Shown: positions 29,313-39,868 of the stretch, one piece after another
Numbering within the stretch: position 1 is the first letter of the stretch
Layout: every line of letters begins with the position of its first letter
Assembly: GCA_965237675.1 (NCBI GenBank)
Contig: OZ250150.1
Location: forward strand, 4,800,001-4,864,000
DNA from: Candidatus Latescibacterota bacterium
GTDB taxonomy: Bacteria; Latescibacterota; UBA2968; GCA-2709665
DNA length: 64,000 nucleotides
Direction: 5' to 3'
Made by a program: the position numbers and the translations under genes
The notes under the pieces: model-generated
The model's database searches: none
What the model saw: the letters and a program-made list of their open reading frames with translations, nothing else
What the model was told of the DNA's origin: nothing

Positions 29313-30689
29313 ATGAACCGAAAAACCGCCGCCGGGCTTGTTCTCGCCATCCTCCTGCCGCTGGTCGTCATGCTGTATCCGGGCGATATCGGCACCGTGC
29401 CGCGTCTGGCACTGGCGCTCTCTCTTGCGACGATTGTCCTGTGGACCTTCGAGCCCGTCCCCCTCGAATACAGTTCGCTATTGTTGATTGTCCTGTTCCC
29501 TATCCTGGACGTACTCCCGTTTGAAACCGCCTTCGGGCCCTTCTCCAGCAAAACGGTCTGGCTCATCTTCGCCGGCATGGCGCTCAGCCTGAGCATCACC
29601 GAAACTCCGCTGGGGGCACGAATCTCCAGCCTGGTTCTGGGGCGCATCGGCAGCCTGAACGGACTCATCCTTGCCCTCCACGTCCTGGGCATGCTCTCCG
29701 CGCTTCTCATCCCCTCGGGCGTCGTGCGGATTCTGATCCTTATGCCCCTCATTATCACCCTGCTTCGGACACTCGGCGAACCGCCAGGATCCAGGGTGAG
29801 TGCGGCGCTGATTCTCTCTCTGGCCTGTTCTACCTACTACGGCGGCACCGGGGTCCTTACCGCTTCGGTGCCCAGCCTGATCGTCTTCGGCGTTCTGGAA
29901 TCCCGCGACATCACCGTTTACTGGGGCCAGTGGACGCTGTATCTCTTTCCCATATTCTCCCTCTGCCGGGTCGCGTGCTGTTACCTGCTGATCCGCCTGT
30001 TGTTGCCCCTGCGAGGTGAATCCCGCATCCGGACGAAGCTCGATGTCGAAACCGAAGTCCCCGATAGCATCACGCCCGCAGAGAAAAAAACCCTTTGCAT
30101 CCTGCTCGCGGGGGTATTGCTGTGGGCGACCGACGCGCTACACGGCATCCATCCAACCTACGTGGGTCTGGCGCTGGTCCTGGCCTGTTATCTCCCCGGA
30201 TGGGGACCCTTGCACCCGGATTTGCTGAAAAAGATCAATTTCCCCCTGCTCATCTACATCGCAGCGGCGTTCTCCGTCGGACACGCCCTCGAAACCACCG
30301 GCTTCAGCCCCCTGCTCGCCGATCTGTTTACGGACTGGCTTGGTCGTTTCGACGGTAGTCTGCTCACCCAACTCGGTCTGCTCTCCGCCTTCATCCTGCC
30401 CTTCAATTTTCTGGCGGATACAGCCGCGGTTGCCGCCATCCTCACCCCGGTGCTCCTGGACGTTGCCGCCCAGACCGGCATGGCTCCGCTTCCAGCCGCC
30501 CTCTGTATGGCCATTGTTGCAAGCTGCGGCTTCTTTCCGTACCAGGCGGCGCCATTCATCCTGGCCTACAGCTTTCGCTACGTGCATATGGGCCAGTTCA
30601 TCCGTCTCATGGTTCTCCTCGCCCTGGTCTCGCTCCTGTTTCTCATACCGCTCAACTTCCTCTATTGGCGACTCATCGGACTAATCTGA
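29313..30689 (+). CDS. SLC13/DASS family permease
   Basis: Multi-TM profile with WTFEPVP, LIPSGVVR and FFPYQAAP motifs. Confidence 0.85.
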   Translation: MNRKTAAGLVLAILLPLVVMLYPGDIGTVPRLALALSLATIVLWTFEPVPLEYSSLLLIVLFPILDVLPFETAFGPFSSKTVWLIFAGMALSLSITETPLGARISSLVLGRIGSLNGLILALHVLGMLSALLIPSGVVRILILMPLIITLLRTLGEPPGSRVSAALILSLACSTYYGGTGVLTASVPSLIVFGVLESRDITVYWGQWTLYLFPIFSLCRVACCYLLIRLLLPLRGESRIRTKLDVETEVPDSITPAEKKTLCILLAGVLLWATDALHGIHPTYVGLALVLACYLPGWGPLHPDLLKKINFPLLIYIAAAFSVGHALETTGFSPLLADLFTDWLGRFDGSLLTQLGLLSAFILPFNFLADTAAVAAILTPVLLDVAAQTGMAPLPAALCMAIVASCGFFPYQAAPFILAYSFRYVHMGQFIRLMVLLALVSLLFLIPLNFLYWRLIGLI

Positions 30690-30693
30690 CCAG

Positions 30694-30821
30694 GTGTCCC
30701 GTCCCCGAAATATGTCACCATTCTTCCCTGTCTGCGTGCGTGAGGCTGCACGCACAGGCAGGCGCCGGTCCATCCCGTCTCGGCGGCCGAATTTCGGCAA
30801 TCTATTTCCAGGACAGAACAC
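30694..30821. mobile_element. MITE-like element (128 bp), inverted relative to the 14431 copy
   Basis: GTGTCCCGTCCCCGAAATA...TATTTCCAGGACAGAACAC with an internal TGTCTGCGTGCG hairpin. Confidence 0.8.
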
Positions 30822-30891
30822 CAGCAGGTCAAGGCACCGCTGTTCCTTCGGCCCTCGAGCTACGGCAATCCCGTCACATTCCCTTTAGCGC

Positions 30892-30920
30892 TTGACAAGC
30901 CCCGGATGTACGGGTACCAT
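30892..30920 (+). promoter_or_regulatory. Sigma70 promoter for the iorA-like gene
   Basis: TTGACA-17 nt-TACCAT. Confidence 0.55.
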
Positions 30921-30965
30921 CGTAATTCCGACTGCAATAATGCCAATTCATAACGGAGAGCCCGG

Positions 30966-32582
30966 ATGAGTGCATTGCGAATCAACGGAGACACGGCTTT
31001 GGCCTGGGGCGCGATCGAGGCCGGTGTCGCCTGCGTTACCGGATATCCCGGTTCGCCCGGTACCGGCACGTTTAGCGCGCTCGCCGACACGGCGGCCGAA
31101 TATGGTCACGAAGCCGAGTGGTGTCTGAACGAACGCATCGCCCTGGACATCGCTGCGGGCGTCTCCCAGGGTGGCCGACGGGTGCTCGTGTGCACCAAGA
31201 GCGTGGGCATGAACGTGGCTTTGGACACGTTAATGGTCCTGAATATGACCGGCGTACACGCCGGCCTGGTGATCCTTATGGGCGACGATCCCGGCGCGTG
31301 GGGTTCGCAGAACGAGCAGGACGGGCGCTTCTTCAGCCCACTTGCGGAAATCCCGATGCTGGAACCCGCAACTCCGGCCGAGGGCCGGAAAATGATGCGC
31401 TGGGCTTTCGACTTCTCTGAGTCGTTCCGAACGGCCGTCATCCTGCGCATCACCCGGAGCTTCAGCGTCTGTGCGGCCGACCAACCGGCCATCGACAGGC
31501 CCCAGTCACTGCCGGCGTTGGCACCGGACAGGGAACCGATGCGCTGGATCTCGTCCCTGTCCAACTGTATACCCAACCATCAAAGACTCCATCGAAATCT
31601 CCAGTCCATCGCGGAAAAATTCGAAGACATCCCGTTCAACCACGTGGAGGGCTTCGGAGAGATGGGCGTCATCGCATCCGGATTTGGCCACAATAAACTT
31701 CAGGACGCGCTTGAAGGGGCAGACACCTCGGACCTGAGATGTCTGAAACTCGGCGCCCTCTATCCCCTGCCCCGTGGCCTGATCGCGAATTTCCTGAAAC
31801 AATGTAAGCAGGTTCTGGTACTTGAAGAAGTGAACCCATATCTCGAAGACGGCATCAAGTCTATCGGGTACGACGCGGGCGTCACCCCGAGGGTCATCGG
31901 CAAACGAAGCGGTCATGTACCGGGAGAAGGTGAACTCTTCCGTTGGCAGATTCAGAAAGCGCTGAAGGCCTACCTGCCCGAACTGACGCCAGCGCGCATA
32001 TTTACCGAAGCGGGGTGGCAAAAGGAAAAACCATACCGAAAGTCACACTGCGCCGGTTGCCCTTATAAGGACATCCTCGCCGCACTGCGGGAAGAAGCGG
32101 CTGTTCTGGGCCAGAACCCGTTCCTCACCGCCGACCCCGGCTGCGTCGTCATTGCCTCCGAATACCTCGACACAAAGCTTTGTATGGGATCCGCCGTCGG
32201 CGCCGCTCTCGGACTCCAGAAAGCCGGTGTGCGGGAGCGCGTTGTGGCCATTACAGGCGACTCGGCTTTCTACCACAGCAGCATCAACGCACTGATCCAC
32301 GCCAGATCCACCGGCGCCAACCTGCTCCTGTTGGTCCTCGACAACACGGGCGCACTCACAACCGGAGGCCAACCCACCCCGGATCATGGCGTTCTGGTCG
32401 CCGGAAATCCGGGGCCGGTCGTCGCAATCAACGACCTGGCAGCGGCCTGCGGCGTCGACTCGATCTGGACGGTTGAAGAAACAGACCCGGAGGAACTCAT
32501 GCGCGGTATCTTCCGTGAAGCCCTGCAGATCGAAGGTCTCGGCCTGGTGACGATTCGAAAACGTTGTGAAGCGGTGGATTAA
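30966..32582 (+). CDS. Indolepyruvate ferredoxin oxidoreductase alpha-subunit-like ThDP enzyme
   Basis: GYPGSPGT, NERIALD, KSVGMNVA, SQNEQD, CAGCP and GDSAFYHS...LDN...TTGGQP motifs. Confidence 0.87.
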   Translation: MSALRINGDTALAWGAIEAGVACVTGYPGSPGTGTFSALADTAAEYGHEAEWCLNERIALDIAAGVSQGGRRVLVCTKSVGMNVALDTLMVLNMTGVHAGLVILMGDDPGAWGSQNEQDGRFFSPLAEIPMLEPATPAEGRKMMRWAFDFSESFRTAVILRITRSFSVCAADQPAIDRPQSLPALAPDREPMRWISSLSNCIPNHQRLHRNLQSIAEKFEDIPFNHVEGFGEMGVIASGFGHNKLQDALEGADTSDLRCLKLGALYPLPRGLIANFLKQCKQVLVLEEVNPYLEDGIKSIGYDAGVTPRVIGKRSGHVPGEGELFRWQIQKALKAYLPELTPARIFTEAGWQKEKPYRKSHCAGCPYKDILAALREEAAVLGQNPFLTADPGCVVIASEYLDTKLCMGSAVGAALGLQKAGVRERVVAITGDSAFYHSSINALIHARSTGANLLLLVLDNTGALTTGGQPTPDHGVLVAGNPGPVVAINDLAAACGVDSIWTVEETDPEELMRGIFREALQIEGLGLVTIRKRCEAVD

Positions 32583-32630
32583 AAAAAGGGCTCGCCCGGG
32601 CATATTAAGAAATTCCGGAGGAGCCTTTTT
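32582..32630. terminator. Bidirectional intrinsic terminator
   Basis: A-tract-GGGCTCGCCCGG...CCGGAGGAGCC-T-tract between convergent genes. Confidence 0.6.
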
Positions 32631-32775
32631 AAGGCCGTAATCGCAGCGCGGTGCATTGCCCGACTGGCGGCTGCGGGGAGATTCCCCTGCGACACACACA
32701 CAACAACCACGCCCGCTTAATTGAGGCGTCTGAAAAACCGCTCGAGTGTCTATTTGCTCATTCTGTTGTCTGATT

Positions 32776-33357
32776 CTATCGGAATTCGAGGGAGGACGCG
32801 ATGGACCGGTACTCTTCAAGGGGAAAGCTGGAAGACATCCCGTTGCCCATCATCAGATACGCCTTCCGCCCATCCAACACGACCGTTACGATATACCGGT
32901 CTCCCCGTCGGCGCAGAAATACGGTCTGGAATATCCACTCGATGCCTTCACGCCCCGATATCTGGAAAGTGCGCTTCTCCTCAGCCCGGTATCCCAGATT
33001 GGTGGACTTCAACTCCTCCTCGAGTTGGGCCGTAACCGTCTGAAGTGTCGCATTTTCTGGAAGCGCCCGGGGCCTCAGCGTCATCACCGCCACGAATCCC
33101 GAAATCGGCTCTCGCCGCATCACCACTTCGACCCGGGGCAATCCGTTTGACTCCCGGGTCTGAAAGTTGGTTTGCGACGTCCAGCCCCACACATCCGGGA
33201 TCGAAATCCGGAATCCCCATTCATCGTTCGAATACACCCGGTCGCCGTCGGAGCCGGCGGTCGGATTGTTGGCGGTGTCATCTGGGATAGGACCACAACT
33301 CAGCAACGCGCCGATACACACTAGGCAGGACCAGATGCTGGTTTGATGTCTGGACAT
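32776..33357 (-). CDS. Lipoprotein, PsbP/DcrB-like fold (tentative)
   Basis: Lipobox LLSC and YSNDEWGFRISIPDVW motif. Confidence 0.65.
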   Translation of the reverse strand: MSRHQTSIWSCLVCIGALLSCGPIPDDTANNPTAGSDGDRVYSNDEWGFRISIPDVWGWTSQTNFQTRESNGLPRVEVVMRREPISGFVAVMTLRPRALPENATLQTVTAQLEEELKSTNLGYRAEEKRTFQISGREGIEWIFQTVFLRRRGDRYIVTVVLDGRKAYLMMGNGMSSSFPLEEYRSIASSLEFR

Positions 33358-33393
33358 AGTGCCCACCTTCCTTTCGGATTCCTTCAGAGACGG

Positions 33394-34071
33394 TCAGCGC
33401 ACAATGCCCAGCCGTCTCCATCGAATTTTCCTGAACGGATTCCAAAGCGGAGCGCCGGCGTTCCACGAGAAATATATCAGCAGCGGATGCGCTTTCACTT
33501 TGTCGAGCGACACCGGCCCCCAGAACCTGCTGTCGTCGCTGTTGTCCCGATTGTCTCCCATCACGAACACATAGCCCGGCGGCACCGTATAGGGTCCGTA
33601 GTTGTCACGCGCGCTATACCGCTTGGGCTGGGTCCGCCGGTCCATAAACTTTACGCCCGTGGGATTCGTAAACGCTTTGCCGTCTACGTAAATCACCTTG
33701 TTTCTGATCTCAATCGTCTGGCCTCCGACGGCAATACACCGCTTGATGAAGTCCCGTGATGCATCTTGTGGAAATTCAAAAATCACCAGATCGCCCGGCT
33801 TCGGAGAACGAAAACCCGGTAACCGAAAGGAAGGCAGTTTGTAATTCAGGACAGGCAGACGATCCGGAACCTGCGTGCCGAAAGTCAGCTTGTCGCCAAG
33901 AACGTAATCGCCCTCCATCAATGTGTTCTCCATGGAACCCGATGGTATATGATAGGCCTGCACCAGCGTTGCCCGGATCAATACAGCCAGAAAGACCGCA
34001 AAAATGATCGATTTCAGGTAGTCGACCAGAATACGGCCGGTACGTGGCTGCCGCGGGCGTTGTGATTTCAT
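33394..34071 (-). CDS. lepB: Signal peptidase I
   Basis: IPSGSMENTL, FIKRC and MGDNRDNSDDSRFWG motifs. Confidence 0.93.
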   Translation of the reverse strand: MKSQRPRQPRTGRILVDYLKSIIFAVFLAVLIRATLVQAYHIPSGSMENTLMEGDYVLGDKLTFGTQVPDRLPVLNYKLPSFRLPGFRSPKPGDLVIFEFPQDASRDFIKRCIAVGGQTIEIRNKVIYVDGKAFTNPTGVKFMDRRTQPKRYSARDNYGPYTVPPGYVFVMGDNRDNSDDSRFWGPVSLDKVKAHPLLIYFSWNAGAPLWNPFRKIRWRRLGIVR

Positions 34072-34148
34072 AGGTCAACCTCCAGGACGTCTCCCAGGAC
34101 GTCTCTATGTAAAGATATAACAGGAATCGACATTGCAAACACGTATGC

Positions 34149-35165
34149 TTAAACGCGGAAAGAAGCTGACGGTTCCCGCGCGCCGGAGCCGTAATTCGAG
34201 AAGCAGGGCGTCTCAGGTTGCCCGCTGGCGGCAGATCGGTTGGCCGCAAGGGTCACGTCCAACGAACGGACACCGTCCTCGTAGTCCGATAGAACGGCCG
34301 ACCCATCGCCCTTGCGAATCGCATTGATGAACACCTCGTCAATATCGCCGGAATCCTCCGGAACCGGCCCCGGGTCGGCCGCGGATTCAGGATATACCGC
34401 CAGACCCTCCGGCCCGAATTCCGCTCGCATGTCTTTCAATACGAACGACATAAGCCCGGTCCCGCCGCCTTTCCGAAACGTACACGTGGACGTCAATGAA
34501 CCAATTGCCCCCGTCTCGAACTTCAAATTGACTGCGTGTACATCCGGAATATCCAGGCTTTCTTCGTCATCCAACGTACGCAACGCGTAGTAGGCGTGCA
34601 CTTCCGCCACCTCACCCGCAAGATAGCGAAGCAGGTCCACCTGGTGGGTCGTCTGCTCAACGATCTGGCCGCCCGATTGCGACATCACACGCCACCACGG
34701 TGTTCCCGGAAGCCCGCCCCATCTGTGAACCGCAGCCATCCCGATCGTTCGACCCGTCAAAAACGCCCTCGCCTGCTGTACGATACCCGAATAGCGCAAC
34801 TGATAGCCCACGCACGTCAACACGCCCGCCTTCCGGACGGCCTCCATAATTTCGAGGGCCTTCTCCATCGTGTCCGCCACGGGTTTTTCCACGAACAGAT
34901 GCACACCCTGCCGCACCGCCAGAATCTCCGCATCGGTATGTGCAAAGGTGGGAACGCTCACATACAGCGCCGTCAGAGATTCGCTGTCGAGCATCTTCCG
35001 ATGGTCGGTATACGCCCTGGCGCCATACTCGCCGGCCACACGTTCGGCGGTTTCCCCCAATACATCGCAAATCGCCACAATGTTCACATCCTCGATCCCG
35101 TGCAACACCCTCATATGGGATTTCGCGCGACCCCCGGCGCCCACAAATCCTACCTGAATTGCCAC
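34149..35165 (-). CDS. Gfo/Idh/MocA family oxidoreductase
   Basis: GFVGAGG, FVEKP and EQTTHQVD motifs. Confidence 0.9.
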   Translation of the reverse strand: MAIQVGFVGAGGRAKSHMRVLHGIEDVNIVAICDVLGETAERVAGEYGARAYTDHRKMLDSESLTALYVSVPTFAHTDAEILAVRQGVHLFVEKPVADTMEKALEIMEAVRKAGVLTCVGYQLRYSGIVQQARAFLTGRTIGMAAVHRWGGLPGTPWWRVMSQSGGQIVEQTTHQVDLLRYLAGEVAEVHAYYALRTLDDEESLDIPDVHAVNLKFETGAIGSLTSTCTFRKGGGTGLMSFVLKDMRAEFGPEGLAVYPESAADPGPVPEDSGDIDEVFINAIRKGDGSAVLSDYEDGVRSLDVTLAANRSAASGQPETPCFSNYGSGAREPSASFRV

Positions 35166-35353
35166 ACTCACCTCCCGGTTTTTATCGTTTGAACATAAAA
35201 TCAAACTTAACCAGCCACGACATGCGCTGTCAAGCGAATTCAACAACACCTGGTGGGTCACGCACCTGCTTTTGTCTTTGAATATTCCGGTTCGGGGTCT
35301 TAACTTACCCGTTGAAATCCCAATTCAACCCAGAGCCGAAGAGGGTATTTCCC

Positions 35354-36394
35354 ATGCGAGTCGAGGACCTGGACACGCCGGCATTGACCATAGATCTCGA
35401 CATTCTTTCCAAGAATATCCACGATCTGGCTGAATCCTGCCGACGGCACGAGATTGCGCTGCGCGTACATACCAAAACCCACAAGATTCCGGAAATAGCC
35501 CGCCTGCAACTCGAGGCCGGCGCCAATGGAATTGTCTGTCAGAAGTTAGGCGAAGCGGAAGTCATGGTCGATGCTGGAATCACCGACATCCTCATTCCCT
35601 ACAATATCGTCGGCGCCACAAAGGTGGATCGCCTGGTCCGCCTGCGGAAACGGGCTAGCATCACCGTTGCCCTGGACTCTGAAACGACTGCGCGCGGTAT
35701 ATCGGAACAGGCCGGCGAGCCCGAAATCGATGTCTTGATCGAACTGGACACCGGCGGCAATCGCTGCGGCGTCCAGACTCCCGAAGCCGCCCTCGAACTT
35801 GCGCGTAAAATCGTCGCTCTACCCGGCCTCCGCTTCGAGGGTATTATGACGTACCCCAGCCGGCCCCAAGCCGAACCCTTTTTGACACGAACACGAACGC
35901 TGCTGGAAAACGCAGGTATTTCCGTGCATACTGTCAGCGGCGGCGGGACCGGAACCGAAGCCGTATCCAAACAGATCGGCTGCACTGAAACCCGCATCGG
36001 CTCCTACGTGTTCGAGGGGATGCGCCGTATCAATCATACCGACAACAGGCCCAACCCCATTACCTGCGCCGAACGGGTGATCGTGACCGTTGTCAGCATC
36101 CCGACCCGGGAACGCGTGATCGTGGACGGCGGCCAGAAAACCTTTACCAGTTATCCACCCACCCCGTATGGCTGCATCGTCGAATACCCCGACGCCGAAA
36201 TATACAGTATGTCCGTGGAACATGGCCACGTGGACGTCAGTGCCAGCGACCATACGTTCCAGGTCGGCGAACGCCTCTCTGTTGTTCCCCAGCACCAGGG
36301 CATGACCACAAACCTGCACGATACCGCCTATGCCGTGAGGAATGGCGTTGTGGTGGCCGTCTGGGCTGTTGCCGGCCGCGGCAAAGCACAATAG
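35354..36394 (+). CDS. PLP-dependent alanine-racemase-fold enzyme (D-threonine aldolase/DSD1-like)
   Basis: DTPAL, RVHTKTHK, CQKLGEAE, RCGV and SVEHG motifs. Confidence 0.88.
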   Translation: MRVEDLDTPALTIDLDILSKNIHDLAESCRRHEIALRVHTKTHKIPEIARLQLEAGANGIVCQKLGEAEVMVDAGITDILIPYNIVGATKVDRLVRLRKRASITVALDSETTARGISEQAGEPEIDVLIELDTGGNRCGVQTPEAALELARKIVALPGLRFEGIMTYPSRPQAEPFLTRTRTLLENAGISVHTVSGGGTGTEAVSKQIGCTETRIGSYVFEGMRRINHTDNRPNPITCAERVIVTVVSIPTRERVIVDGGQKTFTSYPPTPYGCIVEYPDAEIYSMSVEHGHVDVSASDHTFQVGERLSVVPQHQGMTTNLHDTAYAVRNGVVVAVWAVAGRGKAQ

Positions 36395-36505
36395 ATGCGC
36401 GGAGAACGAGACCGGAGACTCGTGCCCTCATTTCGCAGCTGAATTCCGTCTTGGATTCCGCGGTCCGGTCCATCCGACGTGGCGATTTCTCAAAAGGAGT
36501 TCGAT

Positions 36506-37399
36506 ATGCGTCAAGTTCAGTGGGAACGCATGTTCCCCGACCAACTGGAAGCCGCCTTCGACAATTGCCCGCTCGTCTACTTCTCCTACGGCCTTTGCGA
36601 ACCTCACGGCCCGCACGACGCCGTAGGCCTTGATGGTCTTAAAGCGCACGGCATTGCCTGCGAGGCCGCCCGCACACACGGGGGTATTGTGGCCCCGCCG
36701 GACTTCTGGCACATACACGAACTCGGCGGGTATGCCCTTTGGTTGGAGCGCACGGTGGGCCAGGCGAAACGCTCCTGGATGACCTGCATGCCTCCATGGC
36801 AGCATTTCAAGAACATCTGCTACCACATCCGCATGGCCGACCACCTTCGCTTCCAGGCCGCCATTTTCCTTACGGGTCACTACGGCCCCAACTGGAAGGA
36901 CCTCAAAACGCTCATCGAACTGGTGCAACCCCACGTGGGCACCCGGCTGTACGGCCTGCCGGACCACGAAGCCAACCAGCCCGGTTTCGACAACGACGGC
37001 AGGAGCGGCGGCGACCACGCCGGAAAGGTGGAAACCTCACTTCTCTGGGCGCTCCAACCCGACTGCGTGGACCTCTCCCGGGTGCCGCCCGAAGACGCAC
37101 CCGGACCTCATTTCGCGATGGGCCCAACGGTTCGCCTGTCCGACCGACGCGTCGGCGAGCGCATGGTGGCCGACGAAGTCCGTTGGATGGGCGAAAAAGC
37201 AAAAGAACTGCTCAAGGAATACAAGGACAATAACCCGGACCACAAACTGCAGACCTACGAAGATGTGGAAGTCCTCTGGGAAACCGTGGTTGGCCCCGCA
37301 CTGCCCGGGTTCGAGACCATGCAGGACAGCTGGACATCGGAAACCCTATCCGAATCCTCGACCTGGTATCCCAACTGGCGCGTGCCTGATCGGGGATAG
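36506..37399 (+). CDS. Creatininase family protein
   Basis: GLCEPHG, GLD, TGH and DHAGKVETS motifs. Confidence 0.87.
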   Translation: MRQVQWERMFPDQLEAAFDNCPLVYFSYGLCEPHGPHDAVGLDGLKAHGIACEAARTHGGIVAPPDFWHIHELGGYALWLERTVGQAKRSWMTCMPPWQHFKNICYHIRMADHLRFQAAIFLTGHYGPNWKDLKTLIELVQPHVGTRLYGLPDHEANQPGFDNDGRSGGDHAGKVETSLLWALQPDCVDLSRVPPEDAPGPHFAMGPTVRLSDRRVGERMVADEVRWMGEKAKELLKEYKDNNPDHKLQTYEDVEVLWETVVGPALPGFETMQDSWTSETLSESSTWYPNWRVPDRG

Positions 37400-37480
37400 A
37401 CGAACCGCCTTCGAATCCCATTGTCTCCGGTCCGGAAGTCGGCAGATGCGGCTTCGATCGTTGCGGGTTCGCTGCTCCAA

Positions 37481-37864
37481 TCAGTCCGCCCTTTCCAGCA
37501 GTTCAACCTCGTAACCGTCCGGATCGTCCACAAAAGCCATCTTCCTTCCCATCGGAAACGTCTTACGCCACTCGCCCGGCCAGATTTCGATTCCTTTCTT
37601 CTCAAGACCGTCGCAAAACGCGATCAGGTCCGGCACGCCGATCGCAAAATGCATCAAATCCTCCGGCACATTCAGTTCGTAATCGTCGGAATAGGTCAGT
37701 TCGAGCGTATGGGCGTTGCCAGGCAACTCCAGGTGCATGATCTGGTTTCCCGCCGGGGACTTCTCCGACCTGCTCTTTACCACGAATCCAAAATGATCGC
37801 AATAGAATGCCGCCGACTGATCCAGGTTGCTTACCCGAATCCTGGTATGGAGAAATACCGCCAT
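37481..37864 (-). CDS. VOC family protein (lactoylglutathione lyase-like)
   Basis: FLHTRIRV, LELTY and DDPDGYEVEL motifs. Confidence 0.9.
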   Translation of the reverse strand: MAVFLHTRIRVSNLDQSAAFYCDHFGFVVKSRSEKSPAGNQIMHLELPGNAHTLELTYSDDYELNVPEDLMHFAIGVPDLIAFCDGLEKKGIEIWPGEWRKTFPMGRKMAFVDDPDGYEVELLERAD

Positions 37865-37971
37865 CGCACGCTCCTTTCTTCAAGTCAGTGTCCGCTGGAC
37901 CAACCCGTGGCGGCCCAACAAAAAAAGACAGCCTGTAGCTGCCCGTCTTCCTATGCCTTCATTCCGTCATT

Positions 37972-38352
37972 CTACGCCGTTACTGACGAAACTGGATTGC
38001 TCCCTTCCTTTCTGACAGGCGACCAGTCTGTTTTCGTTTCGATACCCAGCGCCTGGCGCACCTGGCGTATCCCCTGAAGGTAATAATTCCGTACCGTACT
38101 CTTGGAGACGGAAAGCAGCAGCGCAATTTCCGCCATGGACTTGCCCTGTGAGCGCAGCAGCAAAACCTCGTACTTGCGGCCGGTCAACGTGGGCTCAATC
38201 ACGGACTTGACGGCTTCCAATTTTTCGTCATCCAAGTCCATCTTTGCATATGGATCGGGATCGAGCGAATGCCGGAGTATGAATGACAACGGGACGGTCT
38301 CCGTTTGGGGATGACACCGTTCCGTCACCGTGTTGTATCGGGGTCCTCGCAT
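37972..38352 (-). CDS. Small LuxR/sigma70 region-4 HTH protein
   Basis: LTGRKYEVLLLRSQGKSMAEIALLLSVSKSTVRNY; start codon uncertain. Confidence 0.7.
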   Translation of the reverse strand: MRGPRYNTVTERCHPQTETVPLSFILRHSLDPDPYAKMDLDDEKLEAVKSVIEPTLTGRKYEVLLLRSQGKSMAEIALLLSVSKSTVRNYYLQGIRQVRQALGIETKTDWSPVRKEGSNPVSSVTA

Positions 38353-38600
38353 ATCGGATCCACGTTCCTGTGATTGACCGTTGGATTCTTGCACCCTACC
38401 GGATGCATTCTCACGTGTCGACAATTTAGCCTGTTCTCCCGTGCCACGCAAGCGAAAACTCGCCGCGCGCACTTTCCATAGTTTCAACCGTCGTGATCCA
38501 GCCACACCGCCCGGATCGATTTCCGCACCACGACAGCCATCGTTCCTTTACCCGATCGGGCGCACGCCGAGCGTTCATCCCCGGGCGGTACCGTCGTTCG

Positions 38601-39533
38601 TTAACCCAGGGGGCGCCGCGCAAAGCCCGACCGGTCCGCCACCTGTAACACGCGTTCGTTCAACCGGTCCGCATGCAATATTGTCTCCCGATCTGGCGTC
38701 AACGCCAGGCTCCGCACCTGTGAATGCCCAATAATACCCCGTGCGGTCAACAACCGCTTTTCCACCACCAGGTACAGTTCCATATTTTGCAGAGAGAAGA
38801 CGATCTGCGCCAGGATCCCGTCGAACACATCAAGTGCGCCGTCAAGTTCGCCCGCCGACCCCAGTTCCCAGATCCGATTCATCACATCCGCGTGCCCAAG
38901 ACCGGGCATTACGCCCGCGACGCCCCACTCGAACAGGTCCGGCATATACATTCCTCCCCAACCCTCCAGAACAGCCACCTGGTCACCCGTTGCCTCCCGG
39001 ATCCCCCGAAGCTTGCGACCCAACAGCGGCTCCTCCAGTTTAATGTACCTGAAGTTATCACAAATCTCGCGAAGTCGTCTGCAGAACACGCCGTCGACGG
39101 TCGGACCGCCCGGATTGAAATCCTGAATCAGTATCGGAACCTCCACCGCGTCACAGATGGTCCGACAGTACGCGAGCAGGTCCGCTTCCGTTGTGCCAAA
39201 CTGCCTTGGGATTGCAAAACTGATGACATCGGCGCCGGCATCAGCGTTTGCCCGGGCAAAATTCGCCGCTTGCCGCGCAGAAGGGTGGTTCGACTGGCCC
39301 ACCACCGGAATCCTTCCCGCGGCGGCCGACACCGCGGTCCGGACAACCGCGAGCCGCTCCTGCTCCGATTGCTTGTAAAACTCGCTTGCATAAGCTGGCA
39401 AACACACCGCTCCAATGCCGAACGCCACCGCCGCCTCAACCTGCCGGGCGATATCTTCAAATACAATCTCCTCCCGGTCATCAAAAGGTGTTACCAGCAC
39501 CGCCGCGACCCCTCGAATATCTTCTCCGGCCAT
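38601..39533 (-). CDS. DapA (dihydrodipicolinate synthase) family aldolase/lyase
   Basis: VLVTPFD, ASEFYK, GRIPVV and YIKLE motifs; true start ATG 39533 after GGAGG. Confidence 0.88.
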   Translation of the reverse strand: MAGEDIRGVAAVLVTPFDDREEIVFEDIARQVEAAVAFGIGAVCLPAYASEFYKQSEQERLAVVRTAVSAAAGRIPVVGQSNHPSARQAANFARANADAGADVISFAIPRQFGTTEADLLAYCRTICDAVEVPILIQDFNPGGPTVDGVFCRRLREICDNFRYIKLEEPLLGRKLRGIREATGDQVAVLEGWGGMYMPDLFEWGVAGVMPGLGHADVMNRIWELGSAGELDGALDVFDGILAQIVFSLQNMELYLVVEKRLLTARGIIGHSQVRSLALTPDRETILHADRLNERVLQVADRSGFARRPLG

Positions 39534-39839
39534 GTCGATCCTCCACGATCTGAAATAGTGAGCGGCCAGGACTGTCGGAATTCGTCTGGCATTTATCCGC
39601 AACTGCCGATCCACCAACAAGACGCTCTCCAATACGGTCGTTGAATGGCGGTCATCAGCCTTCGCGGGTGGCCGGGGACGGAGGAGGTTGCGGGGAATCC
39701 CGTCAACGCCAGCGACCCTATCCGCCCGCTGGCTGTCGTCGTCAGAGACGGGCGGAACTTCCGCGCAAGGGAACGAAAACCAGGTGCCGACATGGTGCAC
39801 GCGACACCGATTGCCCGCCTTGGCGGCCGGCGGCGGCGG

Positions 39840-39868
39840 TTGACTCCAGTATGGCGATATGTTAAATT
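39840..39868 (+). promoter_or_regulatory. Sigma70 promoter upstream of relA/spoT
   Basis: TTGACT-17 nt-TAAATT. Confidence 0.45.
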
